DNA from: Verrucomicrobiales bacterium
Lineage (GTDB): Bacteria; Verrucomicrobiota; Verrucomicrobiia; Verrucomicrobiales; V1-33
Assembly: GCA_947462995.1 (NCBI GenBank)
Contig: CANHUG010000001.1
Span: 1 to 39,866, forward strand
DNA length: 39,866 bases
Reading direction: 5' to 3'
Below, in pieces: positions 25,368 to 32,649 of the stretch. The notes below the pieces were generated by a model. The model searched no databases and had not been told where the DNA came from. It saw only the letters and a list, made by a program, of their open reading frames with translations. Every line of letters starts with the position of its first letter. Position 1 is the first letter of the stretch. The position numbers and the translations under genes were made by a program.

Positions 25368-26723
25368 CGCCAACGTCTCCTCCGCCGGCAGCCGCAGCAC
25401 AAACTCCGTCCACTCCCCATCCGACCGCATCAGCTCGAGCTCCCCGTTCTGCGCCCTCGCCAATCCCTGAGCAATGTTCAGCCCGAGTCCGTGTCCCTTC
25501 ACATCCTCACCCGACGCCGCACGGTAGAATCTGTCAAACAAATGCGCCCGGTGCTCCTCCGGAATCGCCGGCCCCGTGTTCGCCACCCTGACCGAAACCC
25601 CGTCTGCACCGCACCCCCCGGAAATCACAATCCGACCGCCCTCTCCCGCATACTTCACCGCGTTCTCCCCGAGATTCTGCAGTATGATCGCCACCCGCCT
25701 CGCATCCCCCAGCGCCGGTAGCATCTCAGGCAACTCACTAACCACCTCCAACCCCCTCGCCCCGGCCTGCACCTCCAGATCATCCACCACCGCCCGACCC
25801 AATTCCGCCAGGTCAATCCGCCCGGGCTCCAGCTTCAATCGCCCCGCATCAATCTGCGCCAGCAGCAGCAGATCCGATGTCAGGGTCGTCAATCGCCGCG
25901 TCTGCTTCATCAATCCCTCCAGCTCCACCGCCACTCCCGCAGGCAATCCCGGCTGCGCCATCAGCCCGTCCAGCCCCGCCCGCATTACCGCCAGCGGTGT
26001 CCGCAACTGATGCGACGCATCCGCCGAAAACCGCGCCGCACTGGCATACGCCCGCTGCAACCGGTCAAACGATCGGTTCAGCACCTCCGTCATCGCCGCA
26101 ATCTCACTGCTCGCATCCAGCAGCGGCAGTCTCGCCTCCGGATTCGACGCATCAATCCGCTCCGCCGCCGCACTCAGCGCCGCCACCGGCCTCAACGCCC
26201 GATTCCCCAGCAACCACCCCACCGCAAACACTAGCACCCCCATCACCGGAGCCACCATCAGGGTCGCATTCCGCAAATCCTCCTGCATCGCCTCAATCGT
26301 CCCCAGTCTCGTCCCGATGTGCACCCTCAGAAACCCATGCTCAAACGTCCCGATCCTGCTCTCCCGGTCCGCAATCATCACCGTCGCATGCTGCTCCTGA
26401 ATCCCTGACAGATCCCGTCCCCGCAGATTCGCCGACCGATACAGCAACTGCCCCTCCGGCCCGTTGATCTGCAGATACCGCCCCCGCAGCACCGCCGGCA
26501 CTAGCCGCTCGGACACCGGCTTCCGGAAATCCTGAGGAGCCCCGCGGAAGTTCTCAATATCCCGGAACAATTCCTCCGCATTCCCCGCCAGTTGCTCGTC
26601 CAGCTCCTTCAGCTGCGTCCGGTACACCAGCGGCCGCAGCACTAGCAATCCCAACCCCAGCGCCGCCACACTCAGACACGCCGCCGCCAGCCCGAACCTC
26701 GTCCTCAGCGACCACCGGTTCAT
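25359..26723 (-). CDS. Sensor histidine kinase (two TM segments, periplasmic loop, HAMP, HisKA, HATPase_c)
   Basis: TM1 is GLAAACLSVAALGLGLLVL and TM2 is LMVAPVMGVLVFAVGWLLG, followed by a HAMP-like segment. H-box: FSADASHQLRTPLAVM. N-box: LQNLGENAVKYA. G-boxes: VANTGPAIPEE and GHGLGLNIAQGLA. The ATG overlaps the response-regulator stop (ATGA at 26720-26723). Confidence 0.92.
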   Translation of the reverse strand: MNRWSLRTRFGLAAACLSVAALGLGLLVLRPLVYRTQLKELDEQLAGNAEELFRDIENFRGAPQDFRKPVSERLVPAVLRGRYLQINGPEGQLLYRSANLRGRDLSGIQEQHATVMIADRESRIGTFEHGFLRVHIGTRLGTIEAMQEDLRNATLMVAPVMGVLVFAVGWLLGNRALRPVAALSAAAERIDASNPEARLPLLDASSEIAAMTEVLNRSFDRLQRAYASAARFSADASHQLRTPLAVMRAGLDGLMAQPGLPAGVAVELEGLMKQTRRLTTLTSDLLLLAQIDAGRLKLEPGRIDLAELGRAVVDDLEVQAGARGLEVVSELPEMLPALGDARRVAIILQNLGENAVKYAGEGGRIVISGGCGADGVSVRVANTGPAIPEEHRAHLFDRFYRAASGEDVKGHGLGLNIAQGLARAQNGELELMRSDGEWTEFVLRLPAEETLALG

Positions 26724-27394
26724 GCCACTTTCAGCCGGTAACCCGCCCCGCGGACAGTTTCAATCACCGGCACCCCCGCCCCGCCTTCCAGCTTCTTCCT
26801 CAACCGCATGATGAAAATCTCCACCGTCCGCGTGTCATACTCATGCTCCCGCTGCCAGATCCGCTCGCAGATCTCATCGCGCGAAAACGTCCTCCCCGGC
26901 TCGCTCAGCAGAATCTTCAGCACTTCCATCTCCCGCGGCGACAACGCCACCGCCTCCCCACTCACCACCACCCGCCGCGCCCTCACATCCATCGTCAGCT
27001 CGCCCGCCTGCAGCACATCCGACTTCTCCACCGGAACCCCCCGCCGCCCCAGCGCCTCCACCCGCGCTAGCAATTCCTCCATCGCAAACGGCTTCGTCAG
27101 ATAGTCATCCGCACCCGCCTTCAACCCCTGCACCCGATCCCCGATCTCCGCCCTCGCCGTCAGCATCAGCACCCGCGACCCGGAACCGGACTTCCTCAAT
27201 CGCTGCATCACCTCGAATCCATCCATCCCCGGCAGATTCACATCCAGCACCACGATGTCAAAGCGCCCGCTCAACGCCTGCTTCAATCCCCCTGGCCCGT
27301 CCGCCGCATGCTGCGCATCATGGCCCGCACGCGTCAGCGCACGCACCACATGCCCTGCAAGGGCTTCTTCGTCTTCAATCACAAGAGTGTTCAT
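26720..27394 (-). CDS. OmpR/PhoB family DNA-binding response regulator
   Basis: Receiver domain: MNTLVIEDEEALAGHVVRAL...DIVVLDVNLPGMDGFEV...LMLTARAEIGDRVQGLKAGADDYLTKPFAMEELLARV. Winged-helix output: ..LSPREMEVLKILLSEPGRTFSRDEICERIW.......TRTVEIFIMRLRKKL......IETVRGAGYRL. Confidence 0.93.
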   Translation of the reverse strand: MNTLVIEDEEALAGHVVRALTRAGHDAQHAADGPGGLKQALSGRFDIVVLDVNLPGMDGFEVMQRLRKSGSGSRVLMLTARAEIGDRVQGLKAGADDYLTKPFAMEELLARVEALGRRGVPVEKSDVLQAGELTMDVRARRVVVSGEAVALSPREMEVLKILLSEPGRTFSRDEICERIWQREHEYDTRTVEIFIMRLRKKLEGGAGVPVIETVRGAGYRLKVA

Positions 27395-27500
27395 CGGCAG
27401 CTCCGTCAGTTCGCGTTCCTCCCATCCAATCAGCTTCCACTCCCTCCCGCAATCCCCTCGACGTAACCAAATGGATGGATTTCAACCCCGGCACCCTCCC

Positions 27501-29768
27501 TCACGGCCGCGGTCTGCTCACCGTCAGCCGCATGAACCTCATCGGTCCCGCCGAAACACTCACCGTGTCCCGTGCCCGCAGCATCACCCCGGAACTGCCC
27601 ACCACCGCCGCAGGCGTCCACGTCCGCAGATCCCCACTCACCTGCACCGCCACCACCGCATCCTTCGGGCGCAACGGGCTGAGCGGAACCTGCATCCATT
27701 GATATTTCGACCCACCCACCGCTTCAATCCCATGCTGCAGCCACCCCGGCGCTGATCGATACGTCGGATCCAGTCCCAGCGCATACTCAATCTCATCCGC
27801 CAGTCCGTCACCATCACTGTCCACCCCGGATTCCGCCACCCCCACCGTCAACGACACCGCAGCCGGCAGCGACTCCCGGTAACCAGACGCATCGCTCGCC
27901 GTCCACGTGAATCCATCCGCTCCGCTGTATCCAGGCTCAGGATAATACACCGCCGACATCCCGCTCACACCCACCGTCCCATGCTGCGGCTGCTGCACGA
28001 TCCGAATCACCGGAGCCGTCCCACCCGCCGGCAGCAGCACCATCGTCGGCCCTTCCCCTGCCACCGCCTTCGCCATCCCCGCCACCGACGGCCGCAACCG
28101 GGTCGTAGCATTGCTGCTCGACGGCCCGTTGTGACACTCATAACAACCTACCTCAACGCCGCGTACCAACGCAAGGTTCCCGTACTTCGTGCTCAACGTC
28201 CGGTCCCCGAACGCCCTCGACAGCACCGTCCCACGGTAATCCTTCCCATGACACTTCTGACATTCCACCAGCCCAACCGCCCGCGCATCGTCCGCATGCT
28301 CCCGCGCCCACCCATTGCCAGTCGGATGCATCCCGTGAGGTCCGCCCGCCACCGTCACAGGCATCGCAGCATGACAGGCCGTGCACTCCGCGAGCACCCC
28401 CACATGCCCCTGCAGCGCCACTGCATGAAGGTTGTCATTCCGATGCGTCGCCGGAAACTCCGCATGCGTCGACCCGTGACAAGCCGAACACTGCAACCCG
28501 CCATGCCCGCTCGAAAACCGGTACAATGACTTCCCCGCCGCCGGAGTGTCCGCATTCGTCGCAAACCTCCGGTTCGCTGGCTCTCTCATCCGGCCCGGCG
28601 CAGCAAACGAACTCAAATACCGGATCAGCCCGTCGTTGTTCACCGCATCGCCACTGTGACACGACTGACATGTCGGCTCGTCCAGCCAACCCGTGCGCGT
28701 CTCCGCACCCACATCGCCCATCCCGCCGTGACAACTCTGACACTGCATCGCCATCGCTCCATCCGCACCCACCGCCGCACCCATCGCCCCACGCAGACAC
28801 TTCGTCGCCGACCCCGGATGACATTGATAGCACGCCGTCCGGCTCGCCGATGATCCCAGCGGCAAACGGTCGTCCGGATTGATCACCGTCGCATGCTTCG
28901 CATGCATCGATCGCGTCAGCGGCGCCACCCCCGGATACCCTCCCGTCCCCAGCGCCTCCGACGCATGACACGCCGCACAAAGCACCGCCTTCCCCCGGTG
29001 CACCGCACTCTCATACAACCCTTCCGCCGCAAACCCCTTCGCCGCCAGCGCCGCCGCATAAACCGCAGACCCCGCACTCCGTTCATCATGCAGCCGCAGA
29101 ATATTCAGCCGGAAATCCCTCCGGCCATCCGGCTCGTTCACCCATCCGCCCGCAGGCTCTCCAGCAGGCCCGGACCCCGACGCATGGCAAGCCCGGCAAT
29201 CCATCTCGTCCGACACCGGCAGCACCACCTCCGCCTTCGCTAGCAACGCACCCGCCGCATTCCGCGCCGTGACCCTCATCAGCGGATAAGCATTGCGCCG
29301 CCCCACATCATCCACCGGCGTAATCGGAATCCCCGCCGCCTCAAACCACCGCATCCCGCCAACCCACGTCATCGCCTGCGGCACATTCGCCACTCCAGGC
29401 ATCGCATTCCCAGCCAACCCCAGCTCCGGCCGCAGCGCCACCCCATACCCGCCAACAGCAAACTCCCAGAAGTTCGTCTTCCCCGCAGAATGCGTGTTGA
29501 TCGATCCGTCAGGGTCCGCCACCGCCTCGTACGTCAGCCGGATGCCCACCGCCGCAGCATCCACCACCAATCGCCCGCTCTGATCGAGCAGTTGCGCGTT
29601 CACCGTGTTGAACGGCGGCAGAATCGAGAACACCGAGTAGTCGTCGTCCATGCAGTGCATCCCCAGATTGTTCCACGCTGTCAGGGTCCACTGACCACCC
29701 CCGGCACCCGCCCGGCACAAAACGCCTATCATGACACCTAATGTCATTGCGGAGATTCGAATGTTCAT
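27501..29768 (-). CDS. Secreted nonaheme c-type cytochrome fused to an Ig/cadherin-like domain and the shared C-terminal module (755 aa)
   Basis: Signal peptide MNIRISAMTLGVMIGVLCRAGAGG. Hand indexing finds nine CxxCH motifs: CRACH 191, CAACH 264, CYQCH 313, CQSCH 343, CQSCH 367, CSACH 427, CTACH 462, CQKCH 503 and CYECH 542 (nt about 28131-29198). The heme-free N-terminal ~160 aa begins WNNLGMHCMDDDYS. The Ig-like segment is IVQQPQHGTVGVSGMSAVYYPEPGYSGADGFTWTASDASG. The tail is DSDGDGLADEIEYALGLDP...MRFMRLTVSRPRP. Confidence 0.88.
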   Translation of the reverse strand: MNIRISAMTLGVMIGVLCRAGAGGGQWTLTAWNNLGMHCMDDDYSVFSILPPFNTVNAQLLDQSGRLVVDAAAVGIRLTYEAVADPDGSINTHSAGKTNFWEFAVGGYGVALRPELGLAGNAMPGVANVPQAMTWVGGMRWFEAAGIPITPVDDVGRRNAYPLMRVTARNAAGALLAKAEVVLPVSDEMDCRACHASGSGPAGEPAGGWVNEPDGRRDFRLNILRLHDERSAGSAVYAAALAAKGFAAEGLYESAVHRGKAVLCAACHASEALGTGGYPGVAPLTRSMHAKHATVINPDDRLPLGSSASRTACYQCHPGSATKCLRGAMGAAVGADGAMAMQCQSCHGGMGDVGAETRTGWLDEPTCQSCHSGDAVNNDGLIRYLSSFAAPGRMREPANRRFATNADTPAAGKSLYRFSSGHGGLQCSACHGSTHAEFPATHRNDNLHAVALQGHVGVLAECTACHAAMPVTVAGGPHGMHPTGNGWAREHADDARAVGLVECQKCHGKDYRGTVLSRAFGDRTLSTKYGNLALVRGVEVGCYECHNGPSSSNATTRLRPSVAGMAKAVAGEGPTMVLLPAGGTAPVIRIVQQPQHGTVGVSGMSAVYYPEPGYSGADGFTWTASDASGYRESLPAAVSLTVGVAESGVDSDGDGLADEIEYALGLDPTYRSAPGWLQHGIEAVGGSKYQWMQVPLSPLRPKDAVVAVQVSGDLRTWTPAAVVGSSGVMLRARDTVSVSAGPMRFMRLTVSRPRP

Positions 29769-29835
29769 GGCACATGGTTTTCAGGGGTTCTCTCAACTCT
29801 CACAAGATTCGCCCGCCTCCCGGCACCGCCACCCG

Positions 29836-32451
29836 TCAGGGATGACTCAGCCGGTAAAACCGCCGCGGCCCGACAAGCTCCACCAGCGCCGTCAACCCAT
29901 TCGCCGCCGGCACCACCGCAGCCCCACTCGGACGCCAACCCGCCACATCCACACCGTCATTCTCCTCCAGCACCCAACCCGTCGCATCCGCAGCCCAAGT
30001 CAGCCGCATCCGACCGCCAGCCTCCGCTTCCACTCCCAGCACGGGAACAAACACCGCCGTCAGCACCCGATCCGCCGTCGCCGTAAACGAATACTCCTCC
30101 GCCCGACTCACCTCCACTCCACCCTCGATCCACCGCACAAACTGATACCCTTCAGCCGCCACCGCCCGCAACCTCACCTCCGCTCCATCCACAGGAAATC
30201 CTCCCCCGCTCACCGTCCCGCCACCAGAGGGAGCCGCCCCGACACTCACATTCCACGAAATCCCGCTGCCACCAGCAAAGGTCGCCACCAGATGCCGCAC
30301 CGGATTCGCCTTGAATTGATACTCCGCCTCCGTGCTCACCTCCACTCCATTCTCCTTCCAACTCAAAAACGTGTACCCAGGATTCGCCGTCGCCGTCACC
30401 GTCACTTTATCCCCATCCTCAAACGTCCCCTCGACCAACGCCGTCCCGCCCTGCGGCGGACTCGACTCCACAGTCACCGGATAAACCCTCACAAACCGCG
30501 CCGTCAGGGTCCGCACCGCACCGACCGTGAAACTGTACTCCGCCGACGTGCTCACCGTATTCCCGTTCTCCTGCCAGCGCTTGAACTGATACCCCGCACT
30601 CGCCACCGCACGCACCGTGCAAACCGATCCAACCGCCAGGGTCCCACCCCCACTCGCCGTCCCTCCCGCCGTCGGATTGCTCAGCGTCGCAATCGTGCGC
30701 ACTCCGCCGTCCACCGTGAAATTCGCCACCAGCACGCGGTTCGCCGCCGCTGCAAAACTGTAACTCGCCGACGCACTCACCACCGTCACTCCCTCCGTCC
30801 AGTTAGTAAAAACATACCCGCCAGCCGCCACCGCCCTCACCGTCACCATCGTCCCCTCATCCTTGATCCCCCCGCCGCTCACCGTACCGCCAGCCACAGG
30901 CAACGCCACCGTCTCAATGTTCCACTGCGGCACACTCACCGCAAACTTCGCCACCAGCGAATGATTCACATCCATTTCAAAGCTGTGCCTCGCCTCCACA
31001 CTAACCACCGCGCCCGCCTCCTCCCAGTGCACAAACCGGTACCCGGCCCCAGCCACCGCCGTCACCGTCGCCATCGCTCCCACCGCATACGCATCACTCC
31101 CAGTCACCGTCCCGCCAGCCAGAGGCTCCGCCACCGTATCCAGCACATAATGCGGCGCCACCTCTCCATCCGCCCCGCTCACCGTCATCGTATACGTCTT
31201 CGCCTTCTCCGGCGTCGCCTCATCACTCGCCGTCACCGTGAAAGTGAACACTCCCGCATCCTCAGGCGTCCCCGACAACACCCCGGTCACCGCATCAAAA
31301 CTCATCCCCGCAGGCATTGCCCCCGACACCCGGCTGCTGAACGGCCCCACCCCCGCAATCACCACCGTCCGCGGCGCATACTCCTCACCCGCCACCCCGT
31401 CACTAACGTGCTCGGTCAACCCCACCCCGGCATCCACATCCACCGCCGCCATCTGCGCCCCAGTGTACTCACCCACCACCTCCACTCCGCTCAGATCCGT
31501 CAGCACGCCATTCACTTCCTTTAACCCAAGGCCATGCACGCCATCGGGCGCCACCGAATCACACATCGCCTCCCCCGTCTCCGTATCCACCGGCCCGTTG
31601 TAGCGGTAGAATTCATAACGCCGCGTCACCACTTCATCCCCCTGCTCCAGCGCCTCCGGAGCCGCTTCGTGATTCCCGTTAGGCCCGCCATCCGCCCTCG
31701 CAAACTCCGTCTGCATCAGCTCCCACTCGGTCTCCACTTCGTCCGGCTCGCCATTACGCCAGTTCTTGTCATTCGGATCGTCAGGATCATCGGATACCAG
31801 ATCCCGCAGCTTCACCTCCCCGTTGTTGTGCGTCGTCGTCCGGATTTCCTTCACCCACACCGGCTCCCCGAACTCCTTCACCGGAACCTCCGCCGGCTCA
31901 GGAGGCTGAATCACCGCCTGCACCTGCGCCGGTGCCGCCGCCACCGGAGGATAATACACAAACACCGGCGTCGCCACCTGCACCACTCCCCCGTTCACCA
32001 GATTCCCAGACCCGTCATCCACCAGCCAGTGATAACGCACCGCCGTCGGCGGCGTCATGTACCCCACCCCGAAATGCTCGCCCCCGAAATTGATGCTCGG
32101 ATTCGTGAACATATGCCCGTCCGTCGCCGCAATCGGCCCCGCCGGAATCGCCGTGTACGACGCCCACGTCCCATCCGCATTCTTCCTGCTCGCCCACCGG
32201 ATCACGCACTTCGGATGCCCAGCCACCGTGTTGTCCTCGGTGATCTTCGGCACGCCGTAATGATTGTAATCATACGTGTAGCTGATGTCCGTGCTCCGGC
32301 AGTCATCCAGCTCGATCTCGAACCCATGACACTCTTTGCCAGTGTCGTTGACCGTGTCGAAATTGTTAATACTCCCGTACGCAATGCTCGCGTGACCCCG
32401 GCCCGCAGAGCAGGCCAGCATCAATGACAGTATCCATGTCCTGATTTTCAT
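29836..32451 (-). CDS. Secreted multidomain protein (871 aa): unknown N-terminal domain, Ig-like (He_PIG-type) domain, five InlB-B-repeat-like modules and a C-terminal RFYRL tail
   Basis: Signal or lipoprotein-like N-terminus MKIRTWILSLMLACSAG. About 355 aa have no motif I recognise. Then comes an Ig-like unit (GAMPAGMSFDAVTGVLSGTPEDAGVFTFTVTASD). Five ~75-aa repeats follow, of pattern V...p..GGtvsGgG.y..G..vtv.A.a..GY.F..W.E.g..vs....ysF.......l.A.F (about 30050-31165). The tail is ..RMRLTWAADATGWVLEENDGVDVAGW...RRFYRLSHP. Confidence 0.85.
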   Translation of the reverse strand: MKIRTWILSLMLACSAGRGHASIAYGSINNFDTVNDTGKECHGFEIELDDCRSTDISYTYDYNHYGVPKITEDNTVAGHPKCVIRWASRKNADGTWASYTAIPAGPIAATDGHMFTNPSINFGGEHFGVGYMTPPTAVRYHWLVDDGSGNLVNGGVVQVATPVFVYYPPVAAAPAQVQAVIQPPEPAEVPVKEFGEPVWVKEIRTTTHNNGEVKLRDLVSDDPDDPNDKNWRNGEPDEVETEWELMQTEFARADGGPNGNHEAAPEALEQGDEVVTRRYEFYRYNGPVDTETGEAMCDSVAPDGVHGLGLKEVNGVLTDLSGVEVVGEYTGAQMAAVDVDAGVGLTEHVSDGVAGEEYAPRTVVIAGVGPFSSRVSGAMPAGMSFDAVTGVLSGTPEDAGVFTFTVTASDEATPEKAKTYTMTVSGADGEVAPHYVLDTVAEPLAGGTVTGSDAYAVGAMATVTAVAGAGYRFVHWEEAGAVVSVEARHSFEMDVNHSLVAKFAVSVPQWNIETVALPVAGGTVSGGGIKDEGTMVTVRAVAAGGYVFTNWTEGVTVVSASASYSFAAAANRVLVANFTVDGGVRTIATLSNPTAGGTASGGGTLAVGSVCTVRAVASAGYQFKRWQENGNTVSTSAEYSFTVGAVRTLTARFVRVYPVTVESSPPQGGTALVEGTFEDGDKVTVTATANPGYTFLSWKENGVEVSTEAEYQFKANPVRHLVATFAGGSGISWNVSVGAAPSGGGTVSGGGFPVDGAEVRLRAVAAEGYQFVRWIEGGVEVSRAEEYSFTATADRVLTAVFVPVLGVEAEAGGRMRLTWAADATGWVLEENDGVDVAGWRPSGAAVVPAANGLTALVELVGPRRFYRLSHP

Positions 32452-32592
32452 AAATTTTACAAATTGTTAGATGTTCACTTCCACACCGGGCCGGAACCGG
32501 CAGTTCATCGGCACGCACCACCACAGGCCGTCTGGCGCTCCCCGCTCGGGCAAGCCCCCTGCTTCCAAATTCTGAGAATTCCCCGAGTCTGT

Positions 32593-32634
32593 CACAAACC
32601 ATCCCTGCGGCGGGCTCGGGTTCCCGCCGCAGGG
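32593..32634 (-). terminator. Probable intrinsic terminator after the acidic TSP3-like gene
   Basis: Perfect 11-bp GC-rich inverted repeat ccctgcggcgg (32603-32613) / ccgccgcaggg (32624-32634) with a 10-nt loop, 15 nt after the stop at 32650. On the minus strand it is followed by ATGGTTTGTG, which is only moderately T-rich. Confidence 0.5.
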
Positions 32635-32649
32635 ATTTCAGCTAGCAGT

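Noticed and set aside
23981-25591. 536-aa plus-strand ORF spanning the helical-repeat gene, the GNAT gene and the 3' end of the kinase gene
   Set aside because: Pro/Ser/Thr/Arg/His-rich wrong-frame translation that crosses three well-supported genes on both strands.
29731-32427. 597-aa and 297-aa plus-strand ORFs antisense to the 871-aa gene
   Set aside because: Extremely Arg/His/Pro-rich (RRRHRH...) with no structure. The minus frame shows a signal peptide and five regular repeats.
29836-32451. Possible heme binding by the 871-aa protein (contains KECHG)
   Set aside because: It has no CxxCH or CxxxxCH motif. A single Cys-His dipeptide is not evidence for covalent heme.
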